Below, one piece after another: positions 28,425-37,732 of a DNA stretch of 64,000 nucleotides. Source of the stretch: Gemmatimonas sp. (GTDB lineage Bacteria > Gemmatimonadota > Gemmatimonadetes > Gemmatimonadales > Gemmatimonadaceae); NCBI GenBank assembly GCA_965279375.1, contig OZ257156.1:1696001-1760000 (forward strand). Reading direction: 5' to 3'. The translations under genes were made by a program, and so were the position numbers. Under the pieces are notes generated by a model, which saw nothing but the letters and a program-made list of their open reading frames with translations, had not been told where the DNA came from and did not search any database. How positions within the stretch are numbered: the stretch's first letter is position 1; each line of letters starts with the position of its first letter.

Positions 28425-30506
28425 ATGCCGAACCGCACAATCTCTGCACTTTTGTTGATGCTGTCGAGCGCTGCATCACGCCTGCCCGCACAGCAGCCCG
28501 CTGCGCCGCGCGACAGCACGCGCGCGCAAGGACTCGACTCGCTGCGCGTCATCGGCCGCTATGAGTCGCTCACCGGCATCGCGTCGAGCGCATCGCAGGG
28601 ACGCATCGGCCGAGTCGATTTGCTGGCACGCCCGCTCGCACGCGAAGGAGAGCTGCTGGAGGCGGTGCCCGGCGTGATTCTCACGCAGCATAGCGGCGAC
28701 GGCAAAGCCAACCAGATGTTCGTGCGCGGCTTCAACCTCGATCATGGCACCGATTTCGCCACGCGCGTGGAGGGAATGCCGGTCAACCTTCCGTCGCATG
28801 CGCACGGACAGGGCTATTCCGATATCAACCTCCTGATCCCCGAGCTCGTGCGCTCGATCGACTATCGGCTCGGCGTGTCGCACGCGGAGTTTGGCGATTT
28901 CGGTAGCGCCGGCGGTGCCGACTTTCAGCTCGTGCGTCGTCTTGAGCGTCCGTTGCTCTCGTCGAGTGTTGGCGCATTCGGTTTCGCGCGGTTGGTCGGC
29001 GGTGCATCGCAGCGCGTCGGCACGGGCGATCTCCTCGTAGCCGCCGAAGCCAAGCGCTACGACGGTCCGTGGCAGATCGGTGAGGGACTGCGCAAGTACA
29101 GCGGGGTCACGCGCTACTCCTGGCAGCAGGGACGCTCGCGCTTCTCGCTGCTTGGCATGGCATACGGGAACACTTGGCGCTCGTCCGATCAAATCCCGCA
29201 GCGCGCGGTCCTCTCTGGACAGCTCAGCCGATTCGGGCAGATCGACAGCACACTCGGCGGGGCACAGCAGCGCTACAGTCTCTCCGGTGAGTGGACCCGC
29301 GCACACGGACGCGCGCTGGATGAGGTGCAGGTCTACGGCATCGCGTCGCAATTCAATCTGCTCTCCAACTTCACGTATCAGCTGGACGACGCCGAGCAGG
29401 GCGACCAGTTCAATCAGCATGAGCGACGCACGATCATTGGCGTGAACGCCAAGCGTCGACTCTCCACGACGATGCTGGGCGCCGAGCAGATGATGACGCT
29501 CGGGGTGCAGAGCCGCGCCGACATTGTGAATGGACTCGGTCTGTACCGCACACGTGACCGCGAACGGGTGGGCACCGTGCGCGAAGATCAGGTGCGACAG
29601 TTCAGCGGTGGACTCTTTGGTGAAGTGGAGTCGCGCTGGACATCACGGATTCGCACGGTGCTTGGCGCGCGGCTCGATCAGTATGCGTTTCGCGTGCGCA
29701 GCGACAACGCGCGCAACTCCGGCACACGCACTGCGGGCATCGCCAGTCCCAAGGGGTCGCTGATCTTTGCGCCGAGCGCGAAGACGGAGCTGTATCTCAG
29801 CGGCGGGCTCGGATTCCACAGCAACGATGCCCGTGGCAGTACGCTCACCGTCGATCCCGTATCCGGTGAGTCAGCCTCACGCGTGGATCCGCTGGTGCGA
29901 TCGACGGGCGGCGAGATCGGCCTGCGCTTCGCGCCGGTGGAGGGGATGCGATCGACCGTGGTTGCGTGGGCGCTTGGGCTGGACAGCGAGCTGCTCTTCG
30001 TGGGCGACGGTGGTGCCACTGAAGCCACCGCCGCCAGCCGTCGTCGTGGCGTGACCTGGGCCAACTTCTATCGCCCGCGCCCTGAGCTGTCGCTCGACGT
30101 CGATGTGTCGTTTGCACACGCGCGCTTCGCAAACGTCGCGCGCGATCAGCAGCGCATTCCGGGGGCACTCGAGAATGTCGTGGCCGCAGGGGCAAGTTGG
30201 CAGCCGCAGACCCATGGTGTCTTTGCGGCCACACGACTCCGGCACTTCGGCGCGTACTCGTTGATCGAAGACAACAGCAAGCGCGCGACGCCTACCACGC
30301 TGCTCAATGGAGACGTGGGCTATCGATTCTCCTCAGGGGTTCGCGTGCAGATGACGATGCTCAACCTGCTCAATGGTCGCGCCAGCGACATTCAGTACTT
30401 CTATAGATCGCGGCTTGCCGGCGAGTCGGCGGAAGGTGTGGGGGATGTCCACTTCCATCCGGTGGAGCCGAGGCAACTGCGCGTGAGTTTTGGGTGGGAG
30501 TGGTGA
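28425..30506 (+). CDS. TonB-dependent receptor
   Basis: Plug GELLEAVPG...QHSGDGKANQMFVRGFNLDHGTDF; barrel ending PRQLRVSFGWEW; signal peptide. Confidence 0.9.
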   Translation: MPNRTISALLLMLSSAASRLPAQQPAAPRDSTRAQGLDSLRVIGRYESLTGIASSASQGRIGRVDLLARPLAREGELLEAVPGVILTQHSGDGKANQMFVRGFNLDHGTDFATRVEGMPVNLPSHAHGQGYSDINLLIPELVRSIDYRLGVSHAEFGDFGSAGGADFQLVRRLERPLLSSSVGAFGFARLVGGASQRVGTGDLLVAAEAKRYDGPWQIGEGLRKYSGVTRYSWQQGRSRFSLLGMAYGNTWRSSDQIPQRAVLSGQLSRFGQIDSTLGGAQQRYSLSGEWTRAHGRALDEVQVYGIASQFNLLSNFTYQLDDAEQGDQFNQHERRTIIGVNAKRRLSTTMLGAEQMMTLGVQSRADIVNGLGLYRTRDRERVGTVREDQVRQFSGGLFGEVESRWTSRIRTVLGARLDQYAFRVRSDNARNSGTRTAGIASPKGSLIFAPSAKTELYLSGGLGFHSNDARGSTLTVDPVSGESASRVDPLVRSTGGEIGLRFAPVEGMRSTVVAWALGLDSELLFVGDGGATEATAASRRRGVTWANFYRPRPELSLDVDVSFAHARFANVARDQQRIPGALENVVAAGASWQPQTHGVFAATRLRHFGAYSLIEDNSKRATPTTLLNGDVGYRFSSGVRVQMTMLNLLNGRASDIQYFYRSRLAGESAEGVGDVHFHPVEPRQLRVSFGWEW

Positions 30507-30764
30507 GTGGCGGTTGCTCGTACGGAGAGGTCGCGCTGCACCTGAAACGGATGGTCGAATCGTGCCCAGCCGCGTATCGCGGGGACCAGTTGCTTCATGT
30601 GACGTCTCACCGCGTGCCTGAGTTTCACGCTGACGCCATCAACGATCACTCTGTGTCGTTGCGATACAAAAATAGTTTGTAACTCGATCCAACCATCGTG
30701 CGTTGGGTGGCGTCCAAGGAACGTGCCGCAAGTCGGTGTTCCTTCCCTTCATCGCTCCCCGCCG

Positions 30765-33314
30765 ATGCTGCTCCCCTCATTGCTCCTGCAAGTCGTCGCG
30801 TCCGCCAACGTCGGCCCGACGCGCGCGCCCGCGACCAAGACGCCCGCGCCGATTGTCGCTGAGGCACCGCGACGTCTGCCGATGCGCGTCTCGCGTGCGC
30901 CCGAAATCGATGGACGCGATGATGACGACGTCTGGAAGTCGGTCCCGATCATCTCCGAGTTCCGCCAGTTCGAGCCAACGGAGGACGGCGCGCCGACACT
31001 GCGCACCGAAGCACGCATCGCCTACGACTCGCGCAATCTCTATGTGGTGGTGCGCAGCTTCGATCCGAAGCCGGACAGCATTCTTTCCGTGCTGCAACGA
31101 CGCGATGGCTTCGCGCTCTCTGATGACATGATCATCGGGATCGACTCGTACAACGACAAGCGCACGGGCTACATGTTCCGCCTCACGGCGGGCGGTGCGA
31201 TGGCCGACGGCTACGTCTTCAACGATGGCGAGGAAGACTGGGGCTGGAACGCCGTGTGGCAGGGCGCTGCGCACGTCGATTCGCTGGGTTGGGTGGCGGA
31301 GTATCGCATTCCGCTCAGTCAGCTGCGCTACGTTCCGCGCGGCGACAACTCCTTCGGTGTGCTGATCATGCGCCGCACCGCACGCAACGGTGAACGGGTG
31401 TCGTGGCCGCTGATGCGCCGCTCCAAGACGGGCAACGTGAGTCAGTGGGGCGAAGTGCCGGGCTTTCAGCAGCTCTCCGCGCCGCGGCGCGTGGAGCTGA
31501 TGCCCTACGCCGTCGAGCGCTACGGCTACAAGCCGCGTGGTGACGGCTCGGCGCGCAACGCAGCGCAATCGCAGTTCGGCGCCGATCTCAAGGTGGGTCT
31601 CACGTCGAACATCACGCTCGATGGCGCGATCAATCCGGACTTCGGTCAGGTCGAAGCCGATCCGGGCGTGTTGAACCTCAGTGCCTTCGAACAGTTCTAC
31701 GCCGAGCGGCGTCCGTTCTTTCTGGAAGGCAGCGGCATCTTCCGCTACGACCTCGATTGCAACGACGGCGAGTGCACGGGGCTGTTCTACTCGCGTCGCA
31801 TCGGTCGCACACCGCAGTTGCGTGATCGCTTCGGTGACGCCGCGTCGCCGCTGCAGTCGACCATTTCCGGCGCAGCGAAAGTCACGGGACGCCTCAAGAA
31901 CGGTCTCTCCATCGGCTTGCTCGACGCCGTCACCAATCGGGCCCAAGGTACGGAGCTGCGCACCATCGAGCCGATGACCAACTACGGCGTGATGCGCTTG
32001 CAGCAGGACTTGCGCGGCGGCAATTCAGGCGTGGGCATCATGCTTACCAACACCACACGCAGCACCGACGCGTGGACGCGTGACGTGTTGCGCAGCGGCG
32101 CCTGGACGGGCGGCCTCGATGCGCGCCACCGCTTTGGCGGCAATCGATTCCAGTTCTCGGCGCAGTTGGCCGGCAGTCGTGTGACCGGCACTGCCGAAGC
32201 CATTGCACGCACGCAGCGCAGCAACGTGCATCTGTATCAGCGCAGCGATGCGACGCATCTGCGCTTTGACAGTACGCGCACGTCACTGGCGGGAACGATT
32301 GCGCAGTTCTCGCTGGACAAGCAGGGCGGCGGTATCACGCGCTTCAGCACGAACGCGTGGTATGTCTCGCCGGGCTTCGAGATCAACGACCTTGGCTTCC
32401 GCACGCGCTCCGATGAAGCGGGCGGCTCCGCGTGGTTTGCGCTTCGGCCGACCAAGCCCTTCGGCTTCTTCCGCCGTGGTCAGCTCAACTTCAATGCATG
32501 GGCCACGACGAACACGAGCGGCCTGCCGATCGGCAATGGCGGCAACATCAACGGCAACGGGCAGTTCACGAACTTCTGGAACGCGTACCTCGGCTCGGGC
32601 ATCAACAACGTCGTCGCGACGTACTCCGATCGCGATGCACGCGGCGGGCCGGCGGTGTACATGCCGCGTCGTCTGCAGATGTGGGCTGGTGTGGACGGGG
32701 ACTCGCGCAAGGCGATTTCGCCCAGTTTCAACGTGAGCGGCGGGCGCCGCACTGATGGGCTGGGCAGCAGCTGGGATGCGAGCGTGGGCGGGCGCTTCCG
32801 TATGGGCGGCCAGCTGAACGGCAGCGTGAACTTCGGCTACGGCCGCAACATCAACGACCAGCAGTGGGTGGGCAACTTCACCGACGCAGGCGCCACGTCG
32901 TACACGTTTGCAAAACTGTACCAGTCCACGAGTTCGGTGACGATGCGCCTCAACTACACGCTGACGCCGACGCTCAGCCTCGAGAGCTACGTGCAGCCGT
33001 TCGTGAGCGTGGGCGAGTACACCAACTGGCGTGCGCTCGACGATGCGCGTTCGCCCGACACGGACAAGCGCTTCCAGCCGTACACGCTGCGCGGCACCGC
33101 CGACGGATTCCGCTTCGGTCAGCTGCGCACCAACAACGTCGTGCGCTGGGAGTATCGCCCGGGCTCCGTCCTGTTCTTCGTGTGGACGCAGGGACGCGAC
33201 ACCTTCACCAACGGTCCGACCGACTTCGGTGTGCAGCCGGGTTGGAACGATCTGCTGGCCGAACGCCCGCAGAACGTCTTCCTCATTAAGTCGAGCTACT
33301 GGTTCGGCCGGTAA
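30765..33314 (+). CDS. CBM9-like plus DUF5916 outer-membrane beta-barrel protein
   Basis: APEIDGRDDD..W, GWVAEYRIPLSQLRY, NPDFGQVEAD, ERRPFFLEG, LFYSRRIG and C-terminal IKSSYWF. Confidence 0.85.
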   Translation: MLLPSLLLQVVASANVGPTRAPATKTPAPIVAEAPRRLPMRVSRAPEIDGRDDDDVWKSVPIISEFRQFEPTEDGAPTLRTEARIAYDSRNLYVVVRSFDPKPDSILSVLQRRDGFALSDDMIIGIDSYNDKRTGYMFRLTAGGAMADGYVFNDGEEDWGWNAVWQGAAHVDSLGWVAEYRIPLSQLRYVPRGDNSFGVLIMRRTARNGERVSWPLMRRSKTGNVSQWGEVPGFQQLSAPRRVELMPYAVERYGYKPRGDGSARNAAQSQFGADLKVGLTSNITLDGAINPDFGQVEADPGVLNLSAFEQFYAERRPFFLEGSGIFRYDLDCNDGECTGLFYSRRIGRTPQLRDRFGDAASPLQSTISGAAKVTGRLKNGLSIGLLDAVTNRAQGTELRTIEPMTNYGVMRLQQDLRGGNSGVGIMLTNTTRSTDAWTRDVLRSGAWTGGLDARHRFGGNRFQFSAQLAGSRVTGTAEAIARTQRSNVHLYQRSDATHLRFDSTRTSLAGTIAQFSLDKQGGGITRFSTNAWYVSPGFEINDLGFRTRSDEAGGSAWFALRPTKPFGFFRRGQLNFNAWATTNTSGLPIGNGGNINGNGQFTNFWNAYLGSGINNVVATYSDRDARGGPAVYMPRRLQMWAGVDGDSRKAISPSFNVSGGRRTDGLGSSWDASVGGRFRMGGQLNGSVNFGYGRNINDQQWVGNFTDAGATSYTFAKLYQSTSSVTMRLNYTLTPTLSLESYVQPFVSVGEYTNWRALDDARSPDTDKRFQPYTLRGTADGFRFGQLRTNNVVRWEYRPGSVLFFVWTQGRDTFTNGPTDFGVQPGWNDLLAERPQNVFLIKSSYWFGR

Positions 33315-33494
33315 CGCCGGCCGCGCAACGCTGCTGCAGCGCTCGTGATGCGGCCGTGGTGCGGCAGTGATGCGGATCCCAGCGAGAGGGCACGGACTCA
33401 ATATTGCCGTGTACGTTGGTGCTGCCGGGACGACTCATCATGCGTCCCGCATCCCTCCGACGCGCATCCGTGCCCTCATTTCGAAGGAGTCCTG

Positions 33495-34145
33495 ATGTCC
33501 CTGCTCAGTGTTCGTCGTCTCGCGTCTGCCCGTAGCGCAGCGACGCTCGCCGCGACCGTGCTGATTGCCCTTTCGTCACGCCTGGTCCAGGCGCAGGGCT
33601 CCATCGGCGTCATTGCGGGTGCGAACTACTCGACGCTCAAGGGCGTGAACAGCCTCGACCAGCGCGATGGCACGATGGGTGGCATCTCGCTCGTGCTCCC
33701 CCTCGGCGGGTCGATCGCGCTGCAGCCTGAGCTGTTGCTCGCCACCAAGGGCGCCACCACGGGCGGGACGTCAGGCACGAAGGGCGTGAAGCTCAACTAC
33801 GCCGAAGTGCCGGTGCTCATCCGCGTTGGACTGCCAGGTGGTTCGCTGGTGAGCCCGCACGTGTACGCTGGCCCGTACCTCGGCCTGCAAGTGGACTGCA
33901 CGGTGCAGGGCACGAACTCGAAGTGCGACGACGTGCCGAGCATCAGCACCAAGTCGGTCGACGTGGGCGGCATCGCCGGCGGCGGCCTCGATCTCGCGGT
34001 CGGTGGACTCGTGCTGACCGCGGGCGTGCGCTACGACTTTGGTATCTCCAAGGTGGTCGAGTTCCAGACCTCCACCGTGCGCGAGTCGGCCAAAAACGGA
34101 TCCTTCGCGCTGTACGCGGGCGTTGCGGTGCGTTTCGGGCGATAG
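33495..34145 (+). CDS. Outer-membrane beta-barrel (porin family) protein
   Basis: Signal peptide, IALQPELL, LNYAEVPVL, AGPYLG, terminal VAVRF; AAGGAG RBS. Confidence 0.8.
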   Translation: MSLLSVRRLASARSAATLAATVLIALSSRLVQAQGSIGVIAGANYSTLKGVNSLDQRDGTMGGISLVLPLGGSIALQPELLLATKGATTGGTSGTKGVKLNYAEVPVLIRVGLPGGSLVSPHVYAGPYLGLQVDCTVQGTNSKCDDVPSISTKSVDVGGIAGGGLDLAVGGLVLTAGVRYDFGISKVVEFQTSTVRESAKNGSFALYAGVAVRFGR

Positions 34146-34226
34146 CGCCGCGCAATAAGGCACGACACCACGCGGGGCCGCGCCGAGTGTTGAATCCTCG
34201 GTGCCGCCCACCGCGTAGCTTCCGGC

Positions 34227-34877
34227 ATGCTCTCGTCCTCTGCCATTGGCGCGCTCGATCGACTGAATCAGCGCATCATGCGCCACGCCGCCGCGACTCG
34301 GCTCACGTTGCTCTGCCGCATCCTCCTCGCGGTCGCCTTCATTCCCACGGGCACCGTCAAGCTGCTCGGTGAGCGATTCACGCGTCTCGGCGTCGATATG
34401 TCGGTCGGCTTCTTCTTCGAAGCGATGTTTCGCACCGGCCCGTATTGGCGCTTTCTCGGCTTCTCGCAGATTCTGGCAGGCGTGCTGTTGCTGTGGCCGC
34501 GCACGGCGTTCTGGGGAGCGGTGCTCTTTCTGCCGATTCTGGTGAATGTCGTGGGCATCACGCTCTCGATGGACTTTGCCGGCACGCCGGTCATCACCGT
34601 GGGGATGCTGCTGGCTAACCTGTGGTTGCTGGCGTGGGACTGGCCGCGCTGGCGTGCGGTGCTGCTGACCCCTGACACGCCGTTGTTGAGTGCGCGTTGG
34701 AGTACGCTCGAGCGCAGCGGCTGGGCGCTCGGCTTCTGCTCATTGCTTGGTTTCTTCTTCGCGGCGCGTGGCACCTTCGGTTCACGCATGGCGGGGCCGA
34801 TGGTCGGCGCTGGGCTGCTCGGCGGAGCGATTGTACTCGCTGCATGGGTGATCGAAGCACGACGGCCGCGCGTGTAA
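34227..34877 (+). CDS. DoxX-like membrane protein
   Basis: RILLAVAFIPTGTVKLLGERFT, FFEAMFRTGPYWRFLG.SQ, LLAWDW; multiple TM segments. Confidence 0.75.
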   Translation: MLSSSAIGALDRLNQRIMRHAAATRLTLLCRILLAVAFIPTGTVKLLGERFTRLGVDMSVGFFFEAMFRTGPYWRFLGFSQILAGVLLLWPRTAFWGAVLFLPILVNVVGITLSMDFAGTPVITVGMLLANLWLLAWDWPRWRAVLLTPDTPLLSARWSTLERSGWALGFCSLLGFFFAARGTFGSRMAGPMVGAGLLGGAIVLAAWVIEARRPRV

Positions 34878-34952
34878 TCGCGACTCGCGTCCGACGCAGC
34901 CAACGCAGCCGTCGCGCGCCCACGCTACCGCTTCTCGGCTACCGAAGCTCGG

Positions 34953-35639
34953 CTAACGCAGCTCGACGCGACCGCGCCGTGTATCGAGCGTGGCGATCAG
35001 CGCGGGAAGCGCACCCGACGCGACCGACAATCCGAGCGCTGCCGAGTCAGCGCGCTGATCGACTGCTGCCCCGAGCGGTGCGTTCATCGCTGAGTTCAAT
35101 GCTGCCAGCTGCGCCGCGACCGAATCGGCGGCGGGATGTTCTGCGCGCAGATCAGCCAGTGTGACGCCTGCCGCAGCGTTTGCCGCTGGGTGTGGCGACT
35201 CGCCCCAGTCGATGAAGAACGGGACGAGTCCGTCAGCCACGAGTGGCGTGGGATCGGTCAGCTCCCACGACAGCAGCACACCATCGGGTCGTTGCCTCCG
35301 GCCGGCTGCGACCGCGCCGAGTGTGACGCCGCGCTCGGCGGCACGTGCGCGCAGCGCGGTCAGTCCAGTCGCCTTGGCTGCCCAGGTCACGAGGCGAGGC
35401 GCCGAGAGTGTGTCGATGGCGAACCAACGCGGGGCGGCGTGCTCCGGCTGCTCGGGATCAGGGCCAATGATTTCGAGGTACGACGTGGGGCTGAGGGCCA
35501 GCAAGGCATTGCGCGTGCCACGGCCAGGGTGCGCCCCGCCCGGTGACGGGCGCACGCCGAGCAGATTGGACAGCGCCTCGACCGACTCGGCGAGATTGGG
35601 CGTCGCGTAGACGAGATGGTCGAGTGTGTGCGGAGCCAT
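34953..35639 (-). CDS. VOC family protein (glyoxalase-like)
   Basis: LDHLVY, GGAHPGRGTRNALL, YLEII and PFFIDW motifs. Confidence 0.88.
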   Translation of the reverse strand: MAPHTLDHLVYATPNLAESVEALSNLLGVRPSPGGAHPGRGTRNALLALSPTSYLEIIGPDPEQPEHAAPRWFAIDTLSAPRLVTWAAKATGLTALRARAAERGVTLGAVAAGRRQRPDGVLLSWELTDPTPLVADGLVPFFIDWGESPHPAANAAAGVTLADLRAEHPAADSVAAQLAALNSAMNAPLGAAVDQRADSAALGLSVASGALPALIATLDTRRGRVELR

Positions 35640-35725
35640 GGCTGAGCCTAACGCCTGTTCGCGTCTTGCCGAAGGCCGCGACTGGGACCGAGTTTATGAC
35701 TTCCCTTTCTCCACAGGCCGTCCCA

Positions 35726-37732
35726 ATGAAGCTCTTCGTTGCCCTGCTGGCCCTGCAGCAGCCATCCCCGCAAACGCCTGAGATCGCGCGCATCGTCGTG
35801 TCGCCGGCGAGTCGGACCATGACTGCTGGTGATACGCTGCGGTTGCGCGCTGAAGCGCGCGACGCTCAGGGGAACGTGATTCCCGGCGTGACCTTCCGTT
35901 ATCGGCTCGGCGGATCGGCCCGCTTCGAAGGACGCGTCGATTCGCTGGGGCTCGTGACGTCGGGCGCGACGGCCATTCTGCCGGTTACCGTGACGGCGAC
36001 GATGCCGGGCGGCAGACCAAAGTTCGAGGTGATCGAGATTCGCGCCCTGCCGGGAGTCGCGTCGCGCGTGGAACTCTCGCCGACATCGGCCAAGCTGGTG
36101 GTGGGGCAGCGGCTGCGCGCGACAGGGCGCGCCTTCTCCGCGGCCGGCGACAAGCGCGCCGATCGCGTGATGTGGAGTAGCTCCAACGCAAAGGTCGCGA
36201 CGGTAAACGACGTGGGGCTGATCGTGGCCACCGGCGCTGGCAGTGCGACGATCACGGGGACGGTAGGCAGTGCCAAGACCACGTTGCCGGTGACCGTGCT
36301 GGGTGGCGCGCTGGCGTCGTTGTCGTTGACGCCGGACAACGTGGAAGCGCGCACGGGCGATGTGCTGCGATTCGCGGTTAGGGCGAAGGATGCGACGGGC
36401 AAGAACGTTACCGGCCTGACGCCCACGTGGAGCTTCTCGCCGGGGCACGGTCAGATCGATGACGACGGAGCTTTTGTCGGCTACGAGGCCGGCGAGTACA
36501 CCGTGACGGCATCGTTCGGCACGCGCAGTGTGCAGTCCACGATCACGCTCGCCGAACGCGATGTGCGTCGTCCGCTGTCGTTGGTGGGGCGTCTGCCGCG
36601 CTCGCGTTTCACGACGGAAGAAGTCTGGATCCATCAGGACGGCAAGCACGCGTATCTGGGATCGGGCGGTGGCGGCGATGTGCTGTATGCACTCGACATC
36701 AGCAATCCAGCCAATCCGGTGGTGACCGACTCGATCATCTCCAACACGCGTCGCGTCAACGACGTGATGACGTTCCCCGACGGCAAGTTTCTCGTCTTCA
36801 CGCGCGAAGGCGCGAGCGATCGCAAGAACGGTATCGTGATTGCATCGCTGGAAGATCCGGCGCACCCCAAGCCCATCGCCGAGTTTACGGATGGCGTGAC
36901 GGGCGGTGTGCATTCTGCGTTCGTGTACAAGCAGGACAAGTACGGCACGTTCATTTATCTCACCAACGATGGCACCGGAGCGCTGCACATACTCGATGTG
37001 AACGACCCGTATCACCCGAAGGAAGTGTCGCGCTGGAAAACCGAAGGGCGCCCTGATGCCGGGCGTTCGCTGCACGACATCGATTTGCGCGATGGACTGC
37101 TGTACGCGAGCTACTGGAACGACGGGCTGATCGTGCTGGACGTGGGTAATGGTATCAAGGGTGGCTCGCCGTCCAATCCGCAGCTGGTGTCGCAGTACAA
37201 GTACGATCTGAACGCGCTCTACAAGCAGGTGGAAGTAGACGGCGGCCCGGGCTTCATTCGCGGTACGCATACGGCGTGGCGCCACAAGAACTACGTGTTC
37301 ATCGCCGACGAAGTGTTTCCCGCAGAGGGCCCCAAGGGGACGAAGGATGCGGCCGCTGGTCGCGCGTACGGCCGCCTGCAGGTGCTTGATGTGAGCGACA
37401 TCGCGCATCCCAAATCGATCGCGTGGTACGAGCCCGAATACGGCGGCGTGCACAACGTGTGGGTGGCCGGCGACACGCTCTACATGGGCGCGTACAACGC
37501 GGGCTTTCGCGTGTTTGATATCTCGGGCGAGCTGCGCGGCGATCTGCGTGCGCAGGGGCGCGAGATCGGTCACCTCAACACGGCCGATATGGATGGCAAG
37601 GTGAAGAACGCAGCCATGACCTGGGGCGTGGTGGTGAATCCCAAGGACGGACTCGCGTATGTGAACGACGACAACAACGGGCTGTGGATCGTGCGCATCG
37701 AACCCAAGCCAACCGTAAAGGTGGTGCCGTGA
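35726..37732 (+). CDS. Exported Ig-like plus LVIVD-repeat beta-propeller protein (paralogue 1)
   Basis: Three Ig-like repeats (e.g. WSSSNAKVATV), then LHILDV, LIVLDV, LQVLDV, FRVFDI repeats; alternative ATG at 35696. Confidence 0.82.
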   Translation: MKLFVALLALQQPSPQTPEIARIVVSPASRTMTAGDTLRLRAEARDAQGNVIPGVTFRYRLGGSARFEGRVDSLGLVTSGATAILPVTVTATMPGGRPKFEVIEIRALPGVASRVELSPTSAKLVVGQRLRATGRAFSAAGDKRADRVMWSSSNAKVATVNDVGLIVATGAGSATITGTVGSAKTTLPVTVLGGALASLSLTPDNVEARTGDVLRFAVRAKDATGKNVTGLTPTWSFSPGHGQIDDDGAFVGYEAGEYTVTASFGTRSVQSTITLAERDVRRPLSLVGRLPRSRFTTEEVWIHQDGKHAYLGSGGGGDVLYALDISNPANPVVTDSIISNTRRVNDVMTFPDGKFLVFTREGASDRKNGIVIASLEDPAHPKPIAEFTDGVTGGVHSAFVYKQDKYGTFIYLTNDGTGALHILDVNDPYHPKEVSRWKTEGRPDAGRSLHDIDLRDGLLYASYWNDGLIVLDVGNGIKGGSPSNPQLVSQYKYDLNALYKQVEVDGGPGFIRGTHTAWRHKNYVFIADEVFPAEGPKGTKDAAAGRAYGRLQVLDVSDIAHPKSIAWYEPEYGGVHNVWVAGDTLYMGAYNAGFRVFDISGELRGDLRAQGREIGHLNTADMDGKVKNAAMTWGVVVNPKDGLAYVNDDNNGLWIVRIEPKPTVKVVP

